A stretch of DNA of 64,000 bases from an uncultured Planctomycetota bacterium. Its GTDB lineage: Bacteria > Planctomycetota > Planctomycetia > Isosphaerales > Isosphaeraceae. The stretch spans positions 128,001-192,000 of the forward strand of contig CAWGMQ010000006.1 in the NCBI GenBank assembly GCA_963823665.1. Direction: 5' to 3'. Made by a program: the position numbers and the translations under genes. Of this stretch, positions 27,717-38,784 are shown one piece after another. Position 1 is the first letter of the stretch, and every line of letters begins with the position of its first letter. Below the pieces are notes generated by a model, which saw only the letters and a program-made list of their open reading frames with translations, was not told the origin of the DNA and searched no databases.

Positions 27717-30659
27717 ATGAGAAACCCAAGAGCAGCGTGCGGGAAAGCCAGGCGGTTGCTTCAAGCGGGATTGCTGTCGGTCCTGCTCTGCGGAGGAGCC
27801 GCGGCGCCTGAGCAGGACAAGCAACCCTCGGCGGTGCTCTCCCTGGACGACGGTGGTTTCGTCGCCGGCGAGCTGGCCGATTCGGACCGGCCGGGTGTTC
27901 TGCGGTGGCAGGGGGCGGGATTTGCCGCGCCCTTCGAATTCAAGCTGGGCCGGGTGAACGCCGTGCAGTGGACCGCGCAGGAGAAACCGGTGAAGCCGGA
28001 GGGCGAGTTCTGTTTTGAGCTGGGTGCGGGTGATGTGGTGTTCGGGTCGCTCGCCAGCCTCGACTCGAGTGCGGCCGTGATCGAAGTGCCGCGGGTCGGC
28101 CGGCTCGCCGTGGAACGAAACGCGGTCCGCCGCATCTACCGGTGGCGTGAGAGCGCCGACTTGATTTATCTCGGCCCGAACGGGCTGGCGGGGTGGCGGG
28201 ATGTGGACCGGCACCGGGGCCCGCAGCGGACGAAAGCCGCCGATCTTCCGGTGTTCGAGGCGAACGGCCAGATCAGGGATGCGGCTGCCGCGGGGACGGT
28301 CGATTCGCAGCCTGTTCCTAGAAGCTGGCGAGACGACGCCGGTCAGCTCATGACGGATCAGGAAGGGGCATCGATTCACGGCGAGTTCGGCATTCCGCCG
28401 CGGGCGACGATCGAATTCGAGATCTCGTGGAAGAAGAAGCCCGATTTTGTGTTCGCGCTGGGGACGAGCGAGCAGCCGGAATCGGTGAAGCGAGCGTTCC
28501 GTTTCGAGGCCTGGGGCGGTGATCTGATCGTGCAGCGCGAGCTGGAGAAGGAAGCCGATCTAGCCGTGGTGCAGGAGATCGGAACGGGCCCGGGGCGGGC
28601 GCACTTCCAGGTGTATCTGGACCAGGAGGCGAATCAGATCACGATCTTTTCCGCGCTGGGGAAGCAGCTCGCGAGCCTCAAGGTCGGGAGCTCGAAGTCG
28701 CCGGCGTTTTCGGGAGTGGACCTGACCAACCTGCGAGGCGACGTGCGGCTGGAATGGCTGCGAATCGTGCGCTGGAGCGGCGAGCCGCCGCGTGAGGTCC
28801 AGGCTGATCAGGCGCGGATTCACCGCGCCGACGGCACGATCGTGTACGGGCAGGTGACGCGGTTTGACGCCGGTTCTCGGGAGTTCGTGGTGAAATCGGT
28901 GGCCGGGGAAACACGGATCGCCCCCGAGAAGATCTCGAGCGTATTCCTGTCGCGTCCCGGCGACGAGAAGCCTGAGGGGCTTCGTGCGGTCTATCGGGAT
29001 GGCTCTCGCTACACCGGCAAGTTGCAAAAGGTGGAGAAAGGCATGCTGGTGTTCAAGTTGCCGGGCATTGCCGAATTACTCCGTCTGCCGGTGTCGGGCC
29101 TGCGCTCGCTGGTGATTTTGACCCAGGAGGACGAGGAACCGCCGGTGAAGGACGAATCGACCGGGCGACTGGAGATTCACGGAGTGCAGCTTGCGGGCAA
29201 GCTGGTGGACGCCGTAACAAAGGAGGGCGCGACCTGCCTTGCCTGGCAGCCCGCTGCGAGCGACACGGCCAGTCCGATGTCGAAGGGTGTCTCGGGGCGC
29301 ATCATCTACAAGGAGCCGCCGCCGCAGCCGCCTCCCACCCAGCAAATGACGCAGCAACAGCAGGGCATGATTATCCGGAGGCAAGCGCTTCAACTGGTCC
29401 AGCGACAGCAGGCCCAGGACCAGGGCGCCGGGGCCATGGCGGCTCGGTTCCTGTCGGCGATGGCAGAGCCGACGAGCGCACCGCATTCGGGGGACGCGGG
29501 CGACGAAAGGCGATCGCTCTACCTGCGCGACGGCGACGTGATTCCGTCGGTCGTGACCAAGATCGATGAAAACGGCGTCTGGTTCCGATCGAGTCTCTCG
29601 GCATCGACCTTTGTGTCCAACGAAAAGGTGAAGGCGGTTGAGCTTGCCCCGGACCCGGGCAACGGCAGTCCGCCACCGGTGCGTTTGACCCGCACCAAGC
29701 AAGAGCGATTGCTCATGCTTCCGCGCATGCAGAAGACGGATCCGCCAACCCACCTGATTCGCTCGAAGAACGGCGACTATCTGCGCGGTCGCGTGACCGG
29801 AATGGACGAGAAGACGCTGAAATTTGAGGTGCGGCTTGAGAGCAAGGACATTCCGCGCGACCGCATTTCGCGGATCATCTGGCTGCATCCCGATGAGCTC
29901 GACCCGTCCAAGAAGCCGCCGCCTTCGAGCGCCGGGACACGAGTCCAGGCACTGAGAAACGATGGCGTGCGGCTGACTTTCAACGCCGAGAAGTTCGCGG
30001 GGAACTCGCTCTCCGGGACGAGCGACGTGCTGGGCCCGTGCCAGGTGACGGTGAAGCAGATCGATCAGCTCTTGATCGGCGATGCGATCGAGAAGGCCGC
30101 ATCCGCCCTCTGGTTTGCCCAGTGGAAGCTGACGAACGCTCCCGATCCAAAATACGTGACGGCAGGGGATGGTGCAGAGGGCGGCGACAGCGGCTCGGAA
30201 TCGCCTCTGGTTGGGAAGCCAGCGCCTGACTTTGACCTTGCGCTGGTCGGCGGCGAACGATTCCGGCTGTCCGCAAGCAAAGGCAAGGTGGTGGTTCTCG
30301 ACTTCTGGGCAACCTGGTGCGGTCCGTGTATCCAGGCGATGCCCCAGGTGGAGCGGGCCGTCGGCGAGTTCAAGGACCAAGGTGTGAGGTTGGTTGCCGT
30401 CAACCTGCAGGAGACGGCCGAGCAGGTGACCGCCATGCTCGAGCGTCAGAAGCTGAAGGTGACCGTTGCGCTCGACCGCGACGGCTCGGTGGCGGATCGG
30501 TACAAGGCCGTCGCCATCCCGCAGACGGTGATCATCGACCGCGAAGGCAAGGTTGCGAGGGTGTTCGTCGGTGGAGGCGGGCATCTGGAGGCCCAGCTCA
30601 AGGACGCGCTCAAGGCGGTTTTGAGCGGCGAAAGGCCGAAGGAAGCCGAGAAGAAATAG
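27717..30659 (+). CDS. Large secreted protein with a C-terminal TlpA-like thioredoxin domain
   Basis: Signal peptide; LVGKPAPDF, VVVLDFWATWCGPC, IPQTVIIDREGKV. Confidence 0.88.
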   Translation: MRNPRAACGKARRLLQAGLLSVLLCGGAAAPEQDKQPSAVLSLDDGGFVAGELADSDRPGVLRWQGAGFAAPFEFKLGRVNAVQWTAQEKPVKPEGEFCFELGAGDVVFGSLASLDSSAAVIEVPRVGRLAVERNAVRRIYRWRESADLIYLGPNGLAGWRDVDRHRGPQRTKAADLPVFEANGQIRDAAAAGTVDSQPVPRSWRDDAGQLMTDQEGASIHGEFGIPPRATIEFEISWKKKPDFVFALGTSEQPESVKRAFRFEAWGGDLIVQRELEKEADLAVVQEIGTGPGRAHFQVYLDQEANQITIFSALGKQLASLKVGSSKSPAFSGVDLTNLRGDVRLEWLRIVRWSGEPPREVQADQARIHRADGTIVYGQVTRFDAGSREFVVKSVAGETRIAPEKISSVFLSRPGDEKPEGLRAVYRDGSRYTGKLQKVEKGMLVFKLPGIAELLRLPVSGLRSLVILTQEDEEPPVKDESTGRLEIHGVQLAGKLVDAVTKEGATCLAWQPAASDTASPMSKGVSGRIIYKEPPPQPPPTQQMTQQQQGMIIRRQALQLVQRQQAQDQGAGAMAARFLSAMAEPTSAPHSGDAGDERRSLYLRDGDVIPSVVTKIDENGVWFRSSLSASTFVSNEKVKAVELAPDPGNGSPPPVRLTRTKQERLLMLPRMQKTDPPTHLIRSKNGDYLRGRVTGMDEKTLKFEVRLESKDIPRDRISRIIWLHPDELDPSKKPPPSSAGTRVQALRNDGVRLTFNAEKFAGNSLSGTSDVLGPCQVTVKQIDQLLIGDAIEKAASALWFAQWKLTNAPDPKYVTAGDGAEGGDSGSESPLVGKPAPDFDLALVGGERFRLSASKGKVVVLDFWATWCGPCIQAMPQVERAVGEFKDQGVRLVAVNLQETAEQVTAMLERQKLKVTVALDRDGSVADRYKAVAIPQTVIIDREGKVARVFVGGGGHLEAQLKDALKAVLSGERPKEAEKK

Positions 30660-30676
30660 TACCGGCGGGAGCTAGC

Positions 30677-32363
30677 TCATTCATTCTGCGGACGAGCGAT
30701 CGCCGTGAGGGACCAGATCGCTCCCGTCGCAAACAGTCCGGCGCCAGCGACCACGAGGAGCACGATCAGGGCCACTCCGGCGACGTGACTATCGACGCCG
30801 GTGTGAAGCAGGCCCCAGATCACAACGGAGACCGGCGTCTGGCCGGACTTCATGGGTGGAGTGGCGATGTTGGTGGCGGGCAACTCGCCCAGGCCGATCG
30901 CGAAGGCGATTGCCCAGGCGGCGATGATCGGGCGGCGCGAGAGGGGAATCACGACTCGGAAAAGCTGCCGCGGGCGATCGAGGCCGTCGAGTGCGGCCGC
31001 GTCGAGATAATCCTGGGGGAATGAACGCAAGAAGGGCCACAGCAGCAACAGCGCGTAAGGCAGTGCGCGGAATGTCTGTGCCAGAACGATCATCGCCGGC
31101 GAGTCATAGAGTGCCTGAAACGGGCGGTATGCGAGCACGAGCGCCATTCCGGCGATGGGACCAGGCGTGGCCAGGGTCAAGCAGAGGGTGGCCATGGCGA
31201 TCAGGTTCCAGATTCCGGATCGGCGGGCGGCCCAGCCGAGCGTTAGAGCGAGCATGGTCGCGGCAGTAGCGGCGGCGGCGGTCCAGAGGAGGCTCCAGAG
31301 GAGCGGCTCGCCGATTGTGTCTACTGCGCGGCGGAGGGTGCCATCGAGGCCGTGGAGTGACCACTGGGCCGAGCGCTCGAGCGAAGCCTGGCCGCCGACC
31401 CTGCCGGCGCGCCAGACCAGGCCAAAAAGCGGGAGTGCGAAGGCATTACCGACGAACAGGCAGAGGAAGAGGCCGAGCGGGATTCGCCAGGTGCCCAAGT
31501 ACCAGACCCTGGCGCGGGAGAATGACGAAGCGATGCGCAGGATCGAGGTGCGAAAGGGACTTTCCAACCAGCAAAATCAGTACGCCCAGCAAACAGAGCG
31601 GAGGAATAGCTACCTGGGCAGCGTCACCAGGGCCGCGGCCTTGCGTATACTGCCAGTAGGACTCTTCAGCGTACGTCCGGATCACGAGCAGATCCGTGAC
31701 AGTCATATCACCGGCCGTGAGCACGGCGACCGCCAGCGCGGCGGCGGCGATTGCGGCGAGCGCCCTGCGGAGCGTGACTTTTCTGAGCACGCGGGCGGGC
31801 CCGTAGTCAAGAAGCGCCGATTCTTCCAGCTCGGGCTCAACAGCGGCGAGCCCCATGCCGGCGATGAGGATGACCCACGGCAGAGCGGCCATGGCGTGCA
31901 CGAAGGCAGCGCCTGAGCGGCCGACCAGGATCGGGTGCCGACCGAACAGTTGCTGGCGGCTCACATTTCCAAATGCGCCGAGCCACGAAGTTGCGTGAAG
32001 AGGGAGGGGGACGAAGGCAGCCAAGATGATGAGCGCGAGCAGGACTGTACGACCGAAAGCGTCGGTACGAAACAGGAAAAACGCCAGCAAGATTCCGAGG
32101 GGAAGTGCGATCGCCTCGGTTTCGAGCACGAGCTTGGTGGTCTCGAGTGCGAGCGATTTCTGTCGCGCGAGGGTTCCCGAGTCTCGAAGGAAGCTCGAGG
32201 CGCCTACGGCGTCGATTGCGTTACCTGAGGCGGGCTGTGCGTTTTCGTCGCCGGCGAGGGCACGCCGTGCTTCCTGGACGGTTGCGAGCGTGGGCCAGCC
32301 CACGACCGCTGCCAGAGCGATGGCGAGAAGGGCTCCGCCAGAGAAACTCAGAATCCGGCTCAA
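30677..32363 (-). CDS. ABC transporter permease (Fe3+/thiamine-type, two TM halves); frameshift near 31535
   Basis: Two EAA-like loops, ELEESALLDYG and DYLDAAALDG; the two halves lie in overlapping ORFs. Confidence 0.8.
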
Positions 32364-33184
32364 TCGCGCAATCCCGCTGCCCGCATGAGGGATGCGGTGT
32401 TCGTGTATGCCTCAGTGACCCACTCCACGATTCTATCGGGCTCGGGCGAATACTCCAATTCGATCGAAACTGCAGCGTTGGGAATGTCCAAGCGCTTGAT
32501 CGCGGCGAGATATGGGGGAAAGTCGACGACGCCGTGCCCGGGCGGGAGGTCGCCGTGCACCTTGCCGTTGCAATCAGAGATATGAACGTGAGCCACTTTA
32601 CCCTTGAGCTGATCGATCAATCCCGCCGGCTGGTGCGCGAGAGCGAGGTGGGAGATGTCGAGGTTGGCCTTGACCGACGGGCGGTCGACTTCGTGGAGAA
32701 ACCTCGCCATGCTGGCCACGTCGTTCAAGAGCGAAAGCGGGAACGGCTCGAGCTCGAGTGCGATCTCGATGCCGAGCTCGGTGGCGAGCTCTCCGAGTGT
32801 CTGGACGTGCGCGACGGCGGTTCGCCACTGTTCTTCGGGAGGGATGACTTCCTTCTGCCAGATATATTCACCGAGGACGAGGAGGACATTACTGGCCTCG
32901 AAGAGGAAAGCCAGGTCGAGGTAGGCGCGTACGCGGTCCAGGTGGAAGCGCTGGACGCTGGGGTTGAAGTCGATGAGTCCGACCGCGACGCAAGCCAGGC
33001 TGACGATCGGCAGGTTGGCTTTACGGCACTCGGACATGATGAGTTTCTTTTCGTCCACGTCGATGTCGAGCGGGTCTGCGAAAATGTCAATCGAATCGAA
33101 GCCGACCTTCCTGGTCTCACGGATTCCGAAAGCGGTTCCGCGGCCGGACTGGACCCAGGCCGAGTTGATGAGTCCGAGCTTCAT
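32360..33184 (-). CDS. Sugar phosphate isomerase/epimerase (TIM barrel)
   Basis: IALELEP, ANLDISH, HVHISD, HGDLPPGHG, SIELE metal ligands. Confidence 0.9.
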   Translation of the reverse strand: MKLGLINSAWVQSGRGTAFGIRETRKVGFDSIDIFADPLDIDVDEKKLIMSECRKANLPIVSLACVAVGLIDFNPSVQRFHLDRVRAYLDLAFLFEASNVLLVLGEYIWQKEVIPPEEQWRTAVAHVQTLGELATELGIEIALELEPFPLSLLNDVASMARFLHEVDRPSVKANLDISHLALAHQPAGLIDQLKGKVAHVHISDCNGKVHGDLPPGHGVVDFPPYLAAIKRLDIPNAAVSIELEYSPEPDRIVEWVTEAYTNTASLMRAAGLRD

Positions 33185-34743
33185 GATGCGTTCTCCGATT
33201 CGGTTGCCTGGGCGGCTTCCTGCTGGCGCCTGGAGCGGCGACGCCGCTCGGGATCGGGCTCGCGCGGGAGGCGAACGGTGAAACAACTCCCTTTTCCCGG
33301 CGTGGATTGCACGTCGATGGAGCCTCGATGTTCCTGGACAATGCCGTAGCTGATCGAGAGGCCCAGGCCGGTTCCTTCGCCCAGGGGCTTGGTGGTGAAG
33401 AACGGGTCGAAGATCCGCTCGCGGTAGGCCGGGTCGATGCCGGAGCCCGTATCGATGACCTCGATTCGCACGCCATCGGTTGCGGGCTCTGCTCGAGTGC
33501 GAACCGTGACGGAATCGTCGGATTTGCACGCGTCGATGGCGTTCATGAGCAGGTTGACGACGACCTGGTGGACCTTCGCGCCACGGCAGCGGACCGGGGG
33601 GAGCGGCTCGAGCTCGGCGGTCAGGCGAACGCCGCGTTTGCGGGCGTAGCCTTGGACCATGTTCATCGAGCTTTCAATTCCGGGATTCAAGTCGACTTCG
33701 TTCCACTCGCCTTCGTCGACCCTGGCGAAGAGTCGGAGGTCTTTGACGATGCGCTCGATGCGTCTCAAGCCTTCGCGGGTTCGCCCAATCAACTGGGGGA
33801 GGTTGTCCAGGGAATAGTCCAGATCGAGTGCTTCGCTCACCTGATCGATCTGGTCCAGGATCGCGCGTTCCTGGGGATCTTCGGACCTCTTCAAGTCGCG
33901 GTAGAAGCGGATCAAAGCGATCAAGTCTTTCAAGTCACGTTCCAGCACGGCGACGTTGTTGCTGACGAATGCGAGCGGGTTGTTGATCTCGTGCGCGACG
34001 CCGGCGACGAGCTGGCCCAGGCTGGCGAGCTTCTCGGTCTCGACCATTCGGCTCTGGGCGGCCTTGAGCGCTTCGTGGGCCTGGCGCTCGGATTCGGCCA
34101 GTTCCTGGAGCGTGATGTTCTGGCGTTTGAGGGTCTCTTCGGCGCGCATGCGCTCGGTGACGTTCCAGAAGATTCCCTGGACTCCGATGGGCGTTCCATC
34201 GGGACTGAAGAGGGGCGTTTTCATGACCTGAACATAGAGCTTGTCGCCCTTGGGAGTCACGTGCTCCTCGACGATGTCGATGGGCTGGCCCCTGGCGAGC
34301 ACGTCCTTGTCGTCCCGGCGGTATTTCTCGGCGAGCTCTTTGGGGAAGAAGTCGAGATCGGTCTTTCCCTTGATTTCATCGAGCGTGTGCCCGAGCTCGG
34401 CACAGAACTTCTGGTTGGCGAATGTGAAGCGGCCTTCGAGGTCTTTGCAGAGGATCATCTGGGGAATCGTCTCTACGAGCGAGTGATAGAAGACCTCGGT
34501 CTGCTGGGAAGTGCTGTCGGAGAATCTTCGATCCGCCGTGGAGAGTTGGGCCGACTCAAAGCGGCGCGACTGGCTAAGCCACCACCAGGCGTGAAGTGCG
34601 AGACTCGCCGAGAGCAAGAGGAAGAAGATGGTCCAGAGTACGGGCGACGGCGGTTCGACCACCGCCCATAAAGCGATGACAGGTGGTTCGAGGGTAAGAG
34701 CTGTGATTGCGAGTGCCACTTTGGGGTTATCCGGTGAACTCAT
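33181..34743 (-). CDS. PAS-domain sensor histidine kinase (start approximate)
   Basis: PAS KDLEGRFTFANQKF; H-box LVAGVAHEINNPL; NLLMNAIDA; DTGSGI; FFTTK..GTGLGL. Confidence 0.93.
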   Translation of the reverse strand: MSSPDNPKVALAITALTLEPPVIALWAVVEPPSPVLWTIFFLLLSASLALHAWWWLSQSRRFESAQLSTADRRFSDSTSQQTEVFYHSLVETIPQMILCKDLEGRFTFANQKFCAELGHTLDEIKGKTDLDFFPKELAEKYRRDDKDVLARGQPIDIVEEHVTPKGDKLYVQVMKTPLFSPDGTPIGVQGIFWNVTERMRAEETLKRQNITLQELAESERQAHEALKAAQSRMVETEKLASLGQLVAGVAHEINNPLAFVSNNVAVLERDLKDLIALIRFYRDLKRSEDPQERAILDQIDQVSEALDLDYSLDNLPQLIGRTREGLRRIERIVKDLRLFARVDEGEWNEVDLNPGIESSMNMVQGYARKRGVRLTAELEPLPPVRCRGAKVHQVVVNLLMNAIDACKSDDSVTVRTRAEPATDGVRIEVIDTGSGIDPAYRERIFDPFFTTKPLGEGTGLGLSISYGIVQEHRGSIDVQSTPGKGSCFTVRLPREPDPERRRRSRRQQEAAQATESENAS

Positions 34744-35831
34744 CGAAGCGCACAACGCGGTGCTCTCGCGCCGGCCAGGACGGCTTCGCAAAGAGCGATT
34801 GTTTTCAAGTTGTCGCTGCCGGGGATATCGGGCTCTTTGCCGGTCTCAACGGCGTGCAGCAAGCTTCCCATGGTGCCGGCGAAGGCGTGGGGAAACCAGG
34901 CTTCTTCCCACCGTGGGCGATGCCAGACGCCCAGGTCACGGATTGTCGAGTAGTCGATTGTGCTGGGGATTCGCTCCGGCCAGCCAGGCCAGCCGATCGC
35001 GCCGGAGGCCAATCCTTCGGTGCCCTCGAAGCGCCACTTCACGGCGATTTCGGACGCGGCGCCCTCGCGCGCGGGGCCGGCCCAGACGTCATCCCAGCCG
35101 GTCGCGCGAGCTCCGCCCTGGTATTCGAGCACGTAGAGGTTGATGCCGTCGGTATGCGGGAATCGAGTGCGCGGGTCGGGACGGGTGCTCGCGAGCACGC
35201 GAAGAGGGTCACCGAGCCAGTACCGGAAGGTATCCAGGTGATGAATGCTCATGAGGAAGGTGGAGAGAGAGCGGCCTCCCTGGGCCCAGGGCATCCAGTG
35301 GGGTATCGCGCGCATCTCGATCGACGCCAGCACCGGCTCTCCCAGTACGCGGTCGTCGATCAGAGACTTCAGCGCGCGCACCGATTGGTCGTATCGCATA
35401 TTCTGATTCACTTGCAGCAGAACACCCGCGCGGTCGCAGGCCGCGACAATGCGCACCGCCTCGGCGTAGGACATGGCAAGGGGTTTCTGGGCCAGAATTC
35501 CGCGGACCGTGCGGGCCCGATCGACCACTCGGTCGATGATCTTGGGCTGCTCGAGGGGAGGCACGGCGATGTCGACGATCTCGACCGCGTTGTCGTCGAG
35601 CAGCTCGTCGAGATTGCAGTAGACTCTGGGTATGCCCGCGAGCGCGGCGGTTTCCCTTGCGTTTTCGATCGATCGCGAGGTGAGTCCCACGACGCGAAAG
35701 CCGGCATCGGCGTAAGCGGGAAGATGGCAGTCGCGAACGATGAAGCCGGCGCCCACGACTGCGATCCCCAGTCCGCGTCCTTGCCGCGGTGGAGGCAGAT
35801 GTTTCAAGTTGATGGTTTGGTTTGTCGTCAT
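34740..35831 (-). CDS. Gfo/Idh/MocA-family oxidoreductase
   Basis: IAVVGAGFI, VDIAVPP, LAQKPLA, VNQNMRY, MSIHHLD; the C-terminus is probably frameshifted. Confidence 0.88.
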   Translation of the reverse strand: MTTNQTINLKHLPPPRQGRGLGIAVVGAGFIVRDCHLPAYADAGFRVVGLTSRSIENARETAALAGIPRVYCNLDELLDDNAVEIVDIAVPPLEQPKIIDRVVDRARTVRGILAQKPLAMSYAEAVRIVAACDRAGVLLQVNQNMRYDQSVRALKSLIDDRVLGEPVLASIEMRAIPHWMPWAQGGRSLSTFLMSIHHLDTFRYWLGDPLRVLASTRPDPRTRFPHTDGINLYVLEYQGGARATGWDDVWAGPAREGAASEIAVKWRFEGTEGLASGAIGWPGWPERIPSTIDYSTIRDLGVWHRPRWEEAWFPHAFAGTMGSLLHAVETGKEPDIPGSDNLKTIALCEAVLAGARAPRCALR

Positions 35832-35931
35832 CGCAGGCAGACCCACGCCGAAGCATGGGCGTCCTGCCCTCTTCGCGCATCGATCGTGGCGGTCATCGCA
35901 GTGCGAAGCAGACGCGACGCACAAGCTGAAG

Positions 35932-36821
35932 TTAGTGTGCGTGGACCTCCGTGTCCAGGGGGAGGCGTTCGGCGGCGCGCGTGTGGTGTGCGTCCACCCG
36001 GCCGACGGGCTGGAACCAGCGGGCGAACTCGGCTTCGACCGTGCGGCCACTGACCGCACGAGCGGCGCGGCCGATTGAAAGCGCAGGCGCAGAATTGCCA
36101 TGGTGATCACCGCGGCTTTCCACAGGAAAAGCCATGCCGGCGGGCTGGCGATTGAGATGAGTCCCAGCCCGAGGAGTGCCACGGTGACGACGTGGATTTC
36201 GCAGGCCTTGAACGCTGGCCAGGTCAATGCGGCGCGGCCGCTCGCTGGCCAGGGAGCGGGCTTCTGAGGACGGCCGCCTGCCCCGCCCTTGACCCGATAG
36301 TTTCCGTGTGTGATCTTCAATCGCTGGAAAAACGCCTTGTACCGGCAATCGTTGTGCAACGCGAGGCCCATCCATCCCAGGCCGATTGCAAACCCCGCGA
36401 TTGACCAGCGGGGCTCGGCGAGCCGGACTGCCAGACCGCATCCCAGTGCGAAACCGATTGTGAGATTCGCGACGTGGTGCATCAGGTAGTCGAGGTAGAC
36501 GCCGTCGAGGCTGGCGGTGCCTCGCCAGCGCGCGACCTGCCCGTCGACATGGTCGAGCCAGTACCCGAGTTGAGCGAGCGTGACGCCAATGACGAAGAAA
36601 AGCCGATCCCCGGTTCCGATCGCGACGGAGGACATGAGCCAGCAAAACAGAGCGGCCAGGGTCACCTGGTGAGCGGTCAATCCGAGTCGAACCGCGATCC
36701 AGCAGCCGTAGACCGCTGACGGGCGGGCGACTCTTCGAGCCAGCCAGTTTCCGATTTCTCGATGACGGTCCTTGTGCACCCGTGCTTTGAGCTCAGCGAT
36801 GGTTGGTCCAGGGACGGTCAT
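35932..36821 (-). CDS. CDP-alcohol phosphatidyltransferase family protein; frameshift near 36090
   Basis: TAHQVT, LDHVDGQVARWRGTASLDGVYLD; the C-terminus continues in ORF 35932..36645. Confidence 0.85.
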
Positions 36822-38741
36822 CGCGTGGCGGCTCCGGGCGGCCTGGTCGTGATCGTTTCGGCCGCGCAGAGCGCTCGTCGGGGCCGATCGATTCACAAGC
36901 TCATAAATGGAGTAGTGGCGAATGACACCATCGGCGTCGGCGAGCTTCTTCTGAAAGAGCGGCTGGCGGAGCGTCGTCCAGGATTGCAGAAGGCGCCCAA
37001 GAGTTGGGTCGAACTCGACGGAGAGGTCGTTCATCGGCGGGCAGAGCATCACGTGCGTGAAACCCGACCGGATCAGATGGGCGACGACTTCGCGGGCTGG
37101 CTCCCCACTCTTGCCCAAGCCAGTGCGGCGGCGATGGGCCAGCTCCATGGTGTAATCGCGGGGGATGTAGAAGCCGCGGTGGTCCTGGCCGATGATCCGG
37201 GCATCTGCCGGCAGGTTCGAGGCGACCCATTGCCCGACCGCGTAGGTTGGCTCACGTCGCGCGAGGAAATCCGAAACCGATTCGAGCCGAAACAGAACAG
37301 AAAGCCCATGCCGAGCCCGGACGGCCGCCAGGCTCGCCTCAAAGCCCAAGGCCAGGATCAGGCTACCCAGAAGGCAGCGAGTCGCCAGTGTTTTTCGTTG
37401 GCACCAGATGCTGGCAAGGTAGGCGACTGCGACGCACAGCGGTCCGAGCGCAATGAGCAGGAATCGCATGCTCTGGCGCTGCGTCATGCAGAGGGTCAGA
37501 AAGAGATAACCCAGGATCGCCAGCGCCCAGACGCGGCGCGGAGCGCGCTCGAAGAACAGCGCAGGAAGGAAGAGCAGGAAGATCGGTCCGAACTGGTGCG
37601 AGAAGCTGTCAAAACGATCGGGCGCGATCGAGAGCGGCACGATGGCAAGAAGCAGGTTGAGTGGGCTGACTGGGAGCGGGCGTTTGGCCGGGTCCAGTAC
37701 CTCGTCCAGACCTGCGCCGCCAAAGAAGCCACGGAAGAACGGATAGACCGGATTGCCGGTATGCATATAAGCCCGGAGGTACCACCAGACGCCCACCGCG
37801 AGTGTAGTCGCGACGAAGGTAAGCGCCAGGGCTGGCCAAGGGGTCCGTCGAACGGTTGGATCAGGAGTTCTGCGATCCAGGGTACGGAGCGCGATTCCGG
37901 CCGCGAGCAACGCGCACAAGACGAGCGCAGGATACTTAACACCGGCGGCGAGGCCTGCGAAGAGACCTGCGGTGATCGCGGCTCGATAGCTGGGCTCGCT
38001 GTGCAAACGGCTGCAGGCGAAGACGGCCGCCATTCCGAACGCGGCCAAGGCGACGTCATTGAGCGGCGCCGCCATCCCGTTCGAGACGGCCGGCACGAGG
38101 AGCATCAAGGCCCCGGCCCACCAAGCACGGCTGCCAAGGCTGGGCCTGGCAAGTGCCGTGACGTTGGCTGCGAGCGCGAGCCCCAAGAACCACTGGATCC
38201 CGCGACATGCCACCGGCCCTCGGATCTCGAGCGCGAGAGCATAGAGCAGCTCGGTCACCAGTGGATAGACGCTTTCGTGCAGATCTGGCAGAAACCCGAT
38301 CGAGCCTTTGATCAGGAATGCCTTGGGCACTTGGAGATGGTAGCACAAGGCATCGCCGTCGGTTACCGGGGCGACTGCCGCAACGGCGGTCGCCAGGAGG
38401 ACCAGGCTGGAAATGAGTGCGATTGCACCGCCAGGGAAGCGAAATGACTGTTGGCGGAAGAACTCGCGAGTGCAGGCGCCGAATCGACGGAGGAGGCGGA
38501 TCGCGCTGATCGCGCCAAGCTCGGTGAAGACCGCCAGCAGGATCGTCACGCCAAGCAGGTTGAGGCAGGATAGCTCACCCAGGGCGAGCGCACCGAGCGA
38601 GGCCGCACCCATTCCAAGCGGCATAGCCAGAGCAGCGGCATCGAGCGGGTGCTCGGGTGTTTGGCCGAGCCAGTCCAGAAGCCGTTTGCCGACTCCCAGA
38701 GTGATCAGCGTCAGTAGAGCGGCGAAGCCAAAATCGATCAT
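36818..38741 (-). CDS. GT-C fold (ArnT/PMT-like) membrane glycosyltransferase
   Basis: Many TMs; DGDALCYHL..P, GLAAGVKY, WYLRAYMHTGNPVYPF, RFLL; the natural stop is probably the TGA overlapping the next ATG. Confidence 0.8.
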
Positions 38742-38784
38742 GAGTGGTAGGCCGTCGGGTGGAGAGAATTCGGCTGCGGCTCGT

